DNA from: Octopus sinensis
Taxonomy: Eukaryota
NCBI RefSeq assembly: GCF_006345805.1
Contig: NC_043017.1
Span: forward strand, 21,390,001-21,454,000
DNA length: 64,000 bases
Reading direction: 5' to 3'
The position numbers and the translations under genes were made by a program. The notes beneath the pieces are model-generated. The model worked only from the letters and a program-made list of their open reading frames with translations. It searched no databases and was not told where the DNA came from. Of the stretch, positions 52,283-64,000 are shown piece by piece; the stretch's first letter is position 1, and every line of letters starts with the position of its first letter.

Positions 52283-53453
52283 TCATCATCATCATAATCA
52301 TCATCATCATTTAACACCTGCTTTCCATGCTAGCATGGGTTGGACGATTTGACTGAGGTCTGGCAAACCAGATGGCTGCACCGGTCTCCAATCTGATCTG
52401 GCAGAGTTTCTACAGCTGGATGCCCTTCCTAGCGCCAACCACTCCAAGAGTGTAAAACGATGATGATGATGATGATATATATATATATATATATATATAT
52501 CATCATCATCATCATCGTTTAACGTCCGCTTTCCATGCTAGCATGGGTTGGACGATTTGACTGAAGCCTGGCGAACCAGATGGCTGCATTGGACTCCAAT
52601 CTGATCCGGCAGAGTTTCTACAGCTGGATGCCCTTCCTAAGGCCAACCACTCCGAGAGTGTAGTAAATATATATATATATATCATCATCATCGTTTAACG
52701 TCCACTTTCCATGCTAGCATGGGTTGGACAATTTGACTGAGGTCTGGCGAACCAGATGGCTGCACCGGACTCCAATCTGATCTGGTAGAGTTTCTACAGC
52801 TGGATGCCCTTCCTAAGGCCAACCACTCCGAGAGTGTAGTAAATATATATATATATCATCATCATCGTTTAACGTCCACTTTCCATGCTAGCATGGGTTG
52901 GACAATTTGACTGAGGTCTGGCGAACCAGATGGCTGCACCGGACTCCAATCTGATCTGGTAGAGTTTCTACAGCTGGATGCCCTTCCTAAGGCCAACCAC
53001 TCCGAGAGTGTAGTAAATATATATATATCATCATCATTGTTTAACATCCGCTTTCCATGCTAGCATGGGTTGGACAATTTGACTGAGGTCTGGCAAACCA
53101 GATGACTGCACCAGACTCCAATCTTGATTTGGCAGTTTCTACAGCTTGATGCCCTTCCTAAGGCCAACCACTCCGAGAGTGTAGTAAATATATATATATT
53201 ATCATCATCGTTTAACGTCCGCTTTCCATGCTAGCATGGGTTGGACGATTTGACTGAGGTCTGGCAAACCAGATGACTGCACCAATCTTGATTTGGCAGA
53301 GTTTCTACAGCTGGATGCCCTTCCTAAGGCCAACCACTCCGAGAGTGTAGTAAATATATATATATATCATCATCATCGTTTAACGTCCACTTTCCATGCT
53401 AGCATGGGTTGGATGATTTGACTGAGGTCTGGCGAACCAGATGGCTGCACCAG
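52283..53453 (-). repeat. Tandem array of about 6.5 RTE 3'-terminal units (about 170-200 bp)
   Basis: (CAT)n-CGTTTAACGTCC...CCAACCACTCCGAGAGTGTAGTAAA-(TA)n repeated. Confidence 0.92.
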
Positions 53454-53614
53454 ACAGACAGACAAACAGATGGACAGACTGATGGATAGATAGACAGATG
53501 AACAGATGGATGGATGGATGAATAGACAAACAGACGAATGGATGGACTAACAGACAGACAGACAGGCATACATCTAGACATATGGATGGATGGACAGAGA
53601 TAGATAGGTACTAG

Positions 53615-53732
<118 letters not shown>

Positions 53733-54325
53733 CATAGATAGATAGATAGATAGATAGACAGATAGACAGACAGATTGGCAGGCAGGTAGACAGACAGACA
53801 GACTACTGGATGGATAGAAACACAGAAGGAGAAATAGAATAATGCTAAAGTTAACATTCTATTTCTATGTATGTGTGTATCAACATATATGTGAGTGGTT
53901 AGTGTACACAGGAAATATTACATATGTATATATATATATATAGAGAGAGATATTATTATGATAATATATACACACGTTAGCACAAACTATCATCTATATA
54001 CAGAAGTGCAACAGTTGCTATGTATTTCTATAGATGGAGCTCTGTGTGATTGCATGAATGTTTGTAGGTGGGTGTGAAGATAAACAAGCATGTATGTGTA
54101 CATATGGCTTTAAATATGTATCTGATTTCTTTGAAGTCAGTTTAATAGTTTTGTATTATGCTGGTCTCTATTTATATGGACAACTAAACTAATAAATGAA
54201 TCCACTGTTGAGCTACATGCTTCATTGCTAGGTTCATGTGTGTGCATATATGAATATAAACATACAAAAGTATACACATAAACACACATGCATATACTAC
54301 ATATGTATAAAATTACGTACATTTC

Positions 54326-54360
<35 letters not shown>

Positions 54361-54914
54361 TATATATACATTTATATAACATATATATATATATGTATAT
54401 ACATTTATACGTATATATATATATATACATACATATATATGTTTATACATACATATATATATACATATATATGTTTATACATACATACATACATGCATAT
54501 ATATACACACACATTTATATATACATATATATATACGTATATACATTTATATATATATACATATATATGTTTATACATATATATATATATATTCATGTAT
54601 ATACATTTATATATATGTGTGTGTGTGTATGTGAGTGTGTGTATATGTGTCTGTATATGCATTAACATATGCTTGTATAAAAGAAATGAGTGAGAGAGCT
54701 TCACACTTGCTTATATACACCTACACAGATTTTATAAAGATATATACACCTACATGTGATCATATATATTAATGAAAGCACTTATTTTAGTATGAACACA
54801 TACATACAAAGACATTCTGTGTCTGTGTATATGCATATATATATGTATATATCTGTGTGTGTGTGTGTATGTGTATATATATATATAGGTAGATATTATA
54901 TATGTGTGTGTATA

Positions 54915-54950
<36 letters not shown>

Positions 54951-55269
54951 GTATATATATACTTACATGCAACAAACATATATATGTGCACCCACTCACA
55001 TCTACACACACGTAACACTATTTATATTAATTTTTGTTTGTGTATTATAATGGAAAAGAACTAAAAACTGCATTGCACGGAAATCACATTATTTGGTTCA
55101 AACCAGTGAGGTACTGGCCATGCTAGGGCATCAGATCTTTAGAATTTTAATGTGCAACCTGGTGTCCTTGTTCCCATTATAGTTGCACTTAACAAAATTT
55201 TGTCCACGGCACAATGAGTAAGTCACTTTTGTGAAGCCACATGTTGAAGAATAAATTGGGAGTGGTGAA

Positions 55270-55816
55270 ATCATCATCATCATCATTATTTAACATCCAC
55301 CTTCCATGCTGGCATGGGTTGGACGATTTGACAGAAGCTGGTCAGGCACTAGGCTACCTCAGGTTACTGTGTCTGTTTTGGCATGGTTTTTATGACTGGA
55401 TTTCCTTCCTAACATCAACCACCCTGCAGAGTGGACTGAATGCTTTTTACATGGAACCAGTGCAGGCAAGGTCAGTTTTGGCATGGCTTTTACAGCTGGA
55501 TGCCCTTTCCTAATGCCAACCACTCTGCAGAGTGGATTGAGTGCTTTTTACATGGTCCAAGTACAGGTAAGGTCAGTTTTAGCAAGGTGCTTACAACTGG
55601 ATGCCCTTCCAAATGCCAACCACTTTACAGTGTGGACTGGATGTTGTTCAGATGGCACCAGCACTGGCAGGGTCACCAAGTGACTTGCAAGACAAAAATC
55701 ATTTGAGAGGGAAGGGGGAAATGAAGGAGGGCATCTTGAGTCAGATGATGACAGGTTAGAGTGTGAGAGGGAGACAGAAACAGGTGTCTTGCTGTAGAGG
55801 AGATACATGGATACCC
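55270..55816 (-). mobile_element. RTE 3' UTR-related element with three internal repeats of about 105 bp
   Basis: GGATGCCCTTCCTAATGCCAACCAC-type block recurs at about 55398, 55498 and 55599. Confidence 0.7.
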
Positions 55817-56260
55817 AGAGAGAGAGACAGAGCGAGGGAGAAAGAGAAGAGAGAGAGGGAGAAAGAGGAGAGAGAGAAGGAGTGATCAAGATCGAGGCCA
55901 GTAGGGTATCATAAACATTTTCATATCCTGTGGTATATATCTATGTGTGTCTGTGAAATTTGTGCAGAAACCTGTCATTCATATCTTTTATCAACATCGT
56001 AAATGTTTATAGTATGCTTATTTGTCTGTTTCTCCAAGGTCACCAGAGTTGCTGCAGAAATAAATTGATTAGCTACATGTTTGTCTGAGAGTACATGACC
56101 CAGTGGTTAAAGTGTTGCGCTGACAATCACAAGATCATGGATTCAGTTCCCGAACCAGGTGATACATTGTGTTCTTGAGCAATACACTCTATCTCACATT
56201 GCTTTCCAGTCGCTTCAACACCTGACATGTGGTACATAGAGAACCTGTTCCAGCCCTGTA

Positions 56261-56294
<34 letters not shown>

Positions 56295-56492
56295 CAAATA
56301 TATATAAATACACATGTATACATATATATACACATATATATATGTATACACACACATATATATATACATATATATATATATGATGATTGTATACACAAAT
56401 GTGTGTGTATATATATATATATATATAGACAAATAAGCATACTATAAACACACACGCACACACAAACAGAATGATATATACACGCATACATG

Positions 56493-56578
<86 letters not shown>

Positions 56579-57374
56579 ATGGAGAGAAAAAAGAGAAAAA
56601 CCATACAAAAACAAGACAAATGAGTGATTGTTTAAGCAAGTTAAACTAACAATCGATTAGTTAGTTCGATATTTAACCAATTGACTAATAATAAAGGAGT
56701 GGAACTGAATGAGTATGTATGCTATTAACATTGACATCATGACTCTCCCTAGTCGCAACAAAATATATATACACCCACACACACACATACCATTGTCATA
56801 ATTTTCCATGTTGGATGGTTTGATGGTCAGACAGGATCCAAAGAGCTGCAGGGCTCTGCTGACCTGTGTTGTTATCTTTTATATGATTTCTAAGGCTGGA
56901 TGCCCTTCCTACACTCTGTCCCTCAACACCTGGGATAAATTCATCTTCCTTTCTATAGCAACCCCATTCAATAGAGGTGCAGTGTTTTCCTAAAAGCGCC
57001 CGGAACACTCCATGAAAAAAAGTGGTTGGTGTTAGAAAGGGTGCATCCAGCCATAGCAACCATGATAAGAAATAAATATTAGAGCTTGCCAGTCCTCTAG
57101 CTCGTTAGATCTTGTCAAATTTCCCAACCTATGCCAAAATGGGAGTCTGTTGTTAAATGGGGATGATGACAGTGATGGTGACGATGATGATGATGGTGGT
57201 GGTGTGTGTGTGCGTGCATGTGTGAGTAAAATAGAGAGGGGGAAAGAGAGGGGCAGACATGCAGCCTTGTGGTCAATTATATTTACTAATATATAACATA
57301 CCTACATGCAATAAAAGACAATCGCACTTGCTTATAAATATATTCCTATTTTGAGACTAATTTCATGTACACAC

Positions 57375-58097
57375 TTATACCCACACAACACATACATACA
57401 TACGTAAGTACACATACACACAACTTACATACATAAACACACACCAACAACATACACACACACACATACGCACAACATACATGTTCATACACAACATACT
57501 TATACACACACTCATACAACATATATATAGCATACACACACATATACACACACAACATACATACAACAACATACACATATACACATTCAACATACATATA
57601 CACACATAGCATGCATACATAAGCATACACTCACGCAACATACATACAGCATATATACAACACACACACCACACACACACACATATACACACACAACATA
57701 CATACCACAACATACACATATACACATTCAACATACATATACACACATAGCATGCATACATAAGCATACACTCACACAACATACATACAGCATATATACA
57801 ACACACACACATATACATACACAACATACATACCACAACATACAGATATACACATTCAACATACATAAGCATACACTCACACAACATACATATAGCATAT
57901 ATACAACACACACACACACATATACACATGCACACATACATACATACACAGTATACATATACATGCACAACATACATATGTAAACATACACACACAACAT
58001 AAACATATACAACATACATGCACGCACTACATACATACATATACATACACACAACATACATATACACACACACAACACACACACACCATACACACAT
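57375..58097. repeat. CA-rich compound minisatellite with about 130-140 bp higher-order units
   Basis: CACATTCAACATACAT...AAGCATACACTCAC recurs three times. Confidence 0.85.
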
Positions 58098-58754
58098 GCG
58101 ACATATGTACGTAGATATTGATAAAGCATTTCAATCAGTGAATGCAGTCTGTTGCTGTCCATTGTCGATGCTTACCTACAGAACAACAGCATCACCGAAC
58201 AATGGAACACAGAAATAACTATGTGAAAAAGTTCCAAAATATCTCGATGCTCATATCACTCGTAAAACAAAAAAAAAAAAAAAAAAAAGAGAGATTTTTG
58301 TACAATATCCTCCCCACCTCCATACACACACACACGCACATGTACACCTCTCTAAGGCATCTTTACTAACAGAAAACATATTAAATGCATAAAACCGCCA
58401 GGGGGGGGGGGGGGAAATTACGTGCCAGAAAAATAAAAAAAAAAAGAAGAACAAATGTTTATATGTCGCAATGGAAAAGTACTTTAATAATAATTATATT
58501 GCAGAAAGAAGACTGTCTATTGTTACAGCAAGCTGGCAGAATTGGCGGCTTAGCGTGCTGGACGATATGCTTAGTGGTGTTTTGTCCGATTCGTTTTTTT
58601 GCATGTTCTGAATTCAAACTTCACCAAGGTCGACTTTGCCTTTCATGTTTTCAGGGTCGATGAAATAAGTACCAGTTGAGTACTGAGGTCAGTTTAATTG
58701 GTTAGCCCTTTCCCCAACCTCAAATCTCAGTCCTGTGCCTATTGAAGAAAGGTT

Positions 58755-59228
58755 TATTACTTTCACTTTCGCTAAGGCTGAGGTACTGTTTACAGTCATG
58801 TTTGTTTGTTTGTTTGTCTGTAGACAAAGATATCTCAAGAACCACTGGATGGATTCGAATGAAACTTACAGGAATGTTTGGCCTCATGACTGGCACAAAC
58901 TGATTAGATTTGGGGATTGATCTGGTACCAGACAAGGATTCTGGATTATTTTTCCTCTTTTTTCAATTAATTTTTGAGAACGGTTGGGTTCATTTTTAGT
59001 ATTCTTGTTTGTGAGAGCAGTCAAGTTTATTTCAGACATTCATCATCATCATCATTATCATGATCATCCTCATCATCGATTAACGTCTGTTTTCCATGCT
59101 GGCATGGTTGGACGGTTTAAGTGAGGTCTGGAGAGCCAGCAGCTGCACCGGGCTCCATTTAAAAATCATCTCTGGCTAATCATTGAGAGGACGTTAGTGG
59201 GGATTTGCAGTCTCTGAGTGCTCTTGTT
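58755..59228 (+). mobile_element. Helentron-like non-autonomous element, interrupted by an RTE tail (59040-59158)
   Basis: Homologous to 16570-16939. Flanked by SINE B copies (58528-58752, 59238-59450). Confidence 0.6.
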
Positions 59229-59615
59229 GTTATCATTAAGGTAGCAAGCTGGCAGAATCGTTAACACACTGGACGAAATGCTGAGTGGTATTTCATCTGT
59301 CTTTACATTCTGAGTTCAAATTCCAACGAGGTCAACTTTGCCATTCATCCTTTTGAGGTCAATGAAATGAGTACCAGTTACGCACTGGGGTCTATGTATC
59401 CGACTATACCCCTCCCCTAAATCTGAGGCCTTGTGCCTATAATAGAAAAGATTATTTATTATTATCATTATTTTCCACTGAGGTCGACGTTACCTTTCAT
59501 CCTTTCGGAGTCAATGAAATAAGTACCATTTGAATACTGGGATCAATGTAACCGACTCGTCCCCTGCCCAAAACTGCTGCCCTTGTAGCAAAATTTGAAA
59601 CCACTATCATTACTA

Positions 59616-59649
<34 letters not shown>

Positions 59650-60015
59650 CATCACTATGGCAAAGAGCTGGCGGAATCGTTAGTAGTGGTCAAATGACTG
59701 AAACAAGTAAAAGAATTAAAGAACACACACACACAGGCTACTTTCAGTTTTCTTCAAACAAATCTACTCACAAAGCTTTGCTTGACTAGGTGATATTGTA
59801 GAAAAACACTTGCCCAAGGTGTTACACAGAGGGTTTGAACCTAAATCTATGCAATTAGGGAACAAACTTCTTAACCACACAGCCATGCCTGCACCCACAT
59901 AATACCATATTATATTATCAGATTTCAGGAATCTCAGAGACAGAACTTTCTGCCATTCTTCTTTCAGACCATTCCTGAAAATATTTCTGGTCATTTTCTC
60001 ACCTTCTCCTAAGCA

Positions 60016-60054
<39 letters not shown>

Positions 60055-61052
60055 ACACACACACACACACACACAAACACACGTATCTTGTAATCAAAAT
60101 ACATTTTAATTGTCTGTCTATATCTTTTGTTGTACTTTGTGTGTGCGTGTGTGTTTTTTTTTTTTCACTGATTTGTGTATTTCAAGTAATTAGGAGCAGA
60201 GCATTTGACATTATACAGAGATTTGAAAAGACTAAAAAGTGATTTAAAACTGGACAAAGGAGAAAAATTGAAAAAATTGAAAAAAAAAACGAAAAAAAAA
60301 ACAGGAAAAAAAAATTCATTTCTTTTTAAATATTTAAAGTTCACTTTATTGAAAATGTTGGTATTTCTCCACTGTTCTGTTTCTTTTTTGTTTTTGTTTT
60401 TTTTTGCTTGCTTATTTTTGTCGTTCAACTAAACAACAAAACAACAATGCCCACAAAACAATGGCATTTAATAATCCAAAAACAAATTAAAGAAAAGTTG
60501 TGTTAATTTTTCTCAATCAAGTTGTTTGCAGATTTGGATTTCTTTCTTGTGTGCAACTAAAAACAATTTATCCGTCATTTAATCATTTAATGAGGAAATC
60601 TCTTCGTGGTTCTTCTCTAAATTTTCTCTCTCTCTCTCCTACTTTTTCTGAATTTATGATTTCATTGCTTTGAGATTTTGGTCCTGCAACTGTTTACTTT
60701 TGGAATGACATTGTAGGGAAGAAGTGAGAAGCCAGATCTGGCCAGTTTGAAAGGAAAGGTACAGCAAATAAAATTAGTGCTAGATGCATCTGTCGAAAAC
60801 AGATAAGACAGGATGGTCATGGGAGGAACACATTTGACCACATAAAATACACACTATCAGATATTGTATTTTGCATTTTCATCAATCATATAAGTAAATA
60901 TATCTATATAAACATTTAAATATATAAAAATACCAAAGCATATATTAATATTTTCTTCAGAACATGCACACATACATAAATATGTATACACAACACATAC
61001 ACATATTTCCACAGTGCACACACACAAACACACACACATATATATATTTAGA

Positions 61053-61093
<41 letters not shown>

Positions 61094-61169
61094 CATATAT
61101 TATATTATATATATATATACAAAACATATACATGTATATATATATATATCTACAGAACACATATACATA

Positions 61170-61215
<46 letters not shown>

Positions 61216-61933
61216 ACATATATAAAGTTCTCCACAAAATGCAGATACATACACTCGCACACACACATATATACATATACAAACACCTACATAACACTCA
61301 AAGCTTTCCACAAGATACTGACACATACACACACATGCACATCCTAATACATAAATGCACACAAGTGCTTATACACAAACACACACAGGTTCTTATACAT
61401 AAACAAACTTATAAACACATCAAAACACTTATACACAATCACACACACAGACACACATATACACAAATAGACACACGTCCTTTTACACAATCACACACAC
61501 ACATACACACTGAGCCTTACTCACAAAGATACGCAGCCGACCTATCAATCCTCATTATTACTTCTCAATTTGTTTCAATGAGTTTCTAACTTGTAACGAT
61601 CCAAGGGTCAAGAACCATGTGACAATGTTGTCAAATTTCAATGATAAATTTCTCCAGTGGTGTAACCCAACATGGAGGTCAGGGTTTCACAGATAAGCTG
61701 CACATCAGAGAGGTCACATGGTTAGACATACAGCCAATTAAAAATAGAGACCAATTGTTTAAAATGCTTGATGTGGAACAATACAATTTGTTAGAATTGT
61801 TGTTGTTTCCAGCCAGGCAGCTCTGAAAGAACAAAACTCTGGTTAAAAGGATTCAAACCAAGACCATCCCATCTTATTTTTTCAGGCATAACAACAGCTT
61901 AATGCCGCTTGTTTAATTTTGTGCACAACCTTC

Positions 61934-62253
61934 TTAAACCCTTTTGCGACCAACTTGCTTGAGATAAACTCTGATGCTATTGTCCAAACTCCCAGTTTAA
62001 AGGTGATCTGAATTAAAAACCTTCCATTAATATTGTATACTATTACTCTTTACTCTTTTACTTGTTTCAGTCATTTAACTGCAGCCATGCTGGAGCACCG
62101 CCTTTAGTCGAGCAAATCGACCCCGGGACTTATTCTTTGTAAGCCCAGTACTTATTCTATCGGTCTCTTTTGCCGAACCGCTAAGTTACGGGGACGTAAA
62201 CACACCAGCATCGGTTGTCTAGCAATTCTAGGGGGACAAACACAGACACACAA

Positions 62254-62302
<49 letters not shown>

Positions 62303-63292
62303 TATGACAGGCTTCTTTCAGTTTCCGTCTACCAAATCCACTCACAAGGCATTGGTTGGCCCGGGGCTATAGCAGAAGACACTCGCCCAAGATGCCACGC
62401 AGTGGGACTGAACCCGGAACCATGTGGTTGGTTAGCAAGCTACTTACCACACAGCCACTCCTGCGCCTATATGTTCATTTATGTTCTAAACACTGGCTTA
62501 ATAACAGCAAAATTATTTTATTATATTCTTCGTTATTTTCCAAATAAATTGAAACAAAGACAGTGTATTTCAACAGGAATGTGGTAACAAAAGATTTAAC
62601 CATTTTGATGCCAACCCTCCTGATACCAAACCTGGTTCTACGATACAAACTTCCTGTTTGAAAGTGATCAAAATTTCATGTTAATTTGTTCCAAACTCCA
62701 AATTAATAATGACAAAGTGATTTCACTAAATTCTTAATTATTTTCCAAATAAACTGAAACGAAGGCAGTGTATATCAACAAAAATATGATTAAAAAAAGG
62801 GCAGCGGTGAGGGTGGGGTGGGGGATGTTAAGTAGTTGTTAAGTGGATTTTTCTGTGTCTTTTGCAGAATGACAAATACTTGAAGCAGTCTTTTTGGTCC
62901 TTGCCTGCCAACCAATCTCAGACTACCTTTGGTCCTGTGATACGCATTCCATGTTTTAAAGTTATCTAAAATTAAGAATTTCCATGCAAAATTTCATGTT
63001 AACTTATATTCCAAACAACAGATTGATAATGACAAAATATATTCGACTAATTTCTTCAATATTTCAAAAATTAATTGAAGCAAAACATGGCATATTTCAA
63101 CAGAAATATGGTAACAAAGGGTTAAAGAGATCTAAATTAAAACCTTCCACCAAAATTTCTCGTTAATTTATGTTCTAAACATTGGCTTAATAATGATGCA
63201 ATTATTTTGCTAAATTCTTCATTTTCATTCTTCAATATTAATTGGAAGCATGGCAGCGTATTCCAGTTGGGATACAGTGAAAAGGCAGTTAA
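61934..63292. mobile_element. Run of about four piggyBac-like MITEs, the first interrupted by SINE A
   Basis: Repeated bodies (AATTTATGTTCYAAACA...TTAATAAT...CTAAATTCTT) ending GGTAACAAAGGGTTAA-like. Confidence 0.7.
62043..62467 (-). mobile_element. SINE A, full length, young
   Basis: CpG-intact and nearly identical to 17302-17713. Confidence 0.92.
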
Positions 63293-63521
63293 TAATGCCT
63301 AGTTTTCTCATAAAATTTTTGTGGTAAGAAGCTTGCTTCAAAGCCACATGGTTCTGGGTTCAATCCCACTGCATGGCACCTTGGGTAAGTGTCTTCTAAT
63401 ATACCCTCGGGCCGACCAAAGCCTTGTGAGTGAATTTGGTAGATGGAAACTGAAAGAAGCCCATTGTATACATATATTTATATATCTGTTTGATATATCA
63501 AGAAATAGACAAACATATTTC

Positions 63522-63685
63522 CTATGTCAAGTCCAACAGGAAACGGTGTTTCCTAGGGCTAAATAACAGTAGCATTCTTCCCTTTCATGGGACTGTCATA
63601 TTAAGTTGACAATATCCTATCACTTTATCATGCTGATACTGCATAAATCTTTCAGAGAGATTTAGAAACGTATTATTTCCAAATT
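63522..63685 (+). mobile_element. Fragment of the retrozyme-like family lacking the HHR
   Basis: GGAAACGGTGTTTCCTAGGGCTAAATAACAGTAGCATTCTTCC aligns with 6610-6652, 21667-21710 and 22006-22048. Confidence 0.65.
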
Positions 63686-64000
63686 GATCCCAGGACTTAT
63701 ATTTTATGCCTAGTACTTATTCTATCAGTTTCTTTTGCTAGTCTGCTAAGCTATGAGGATATAAACACACCAACGCCAGTTGTTAAGTAGCAGTGGGGGG
63801 ACAAACATAGACACAAAAACATACACACACACAGATATATAAATATATGTATACATATTTCTAGAATTTAATCATATATTATCTTGTAGTTACAAAATTT
63901 TGAAGATCTGGTTGTTAAATTTTGGATTAACATTGTAGAGTAAGTGTGAGAGGCTGGATTTGGCTAGCTTCAACATGAAGCCGGTAGAATATTTTGGCTG

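Noticed and set aside
55212-55235. TCACTTTTGTGA, complementary to part of miR-153
   Set aside because: Only a partial match with no precursor hairpin.

Overview
AT-rich, repeat-saturated animal DNA with no recognisable intact protein-coding gene. Nearly all listed ORFs are translations of microsatellites. The repeat complement (several tRNA-derived SINE families, RTE and CR1 LINE remnants, piggyBac/hAT/Tc1-mariner MITEs, Helentron-like elements, massive TA/CA/GATA/AAT tracts) resembles an octopus (coleoid cephalopod) intron or intergenic region; the organism is inferred. The most notable signal is a set of type I hammerhead ribozyme (HHR) motifs at about 6487, 9878, 21582, 21893, 29062(-), 33488 and 34202. 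The best case is a 550-bp insertion (21542-22091) flanked by a 13-bp target-site duplication. It holds about 1.7 tandem copies of a 311-340 nt unit, each with an HHR, which is the architecture of a non-LTR retrozyme or Penelope-like element. Divergent relatives lie at about 6.5 kb (nested in a hAT MITE) and 63.5 kb, and they share a second, co-varying hairpin domain. Repeat boundaries were set by eye and are approximate unless a TSD or TIR is quoted.
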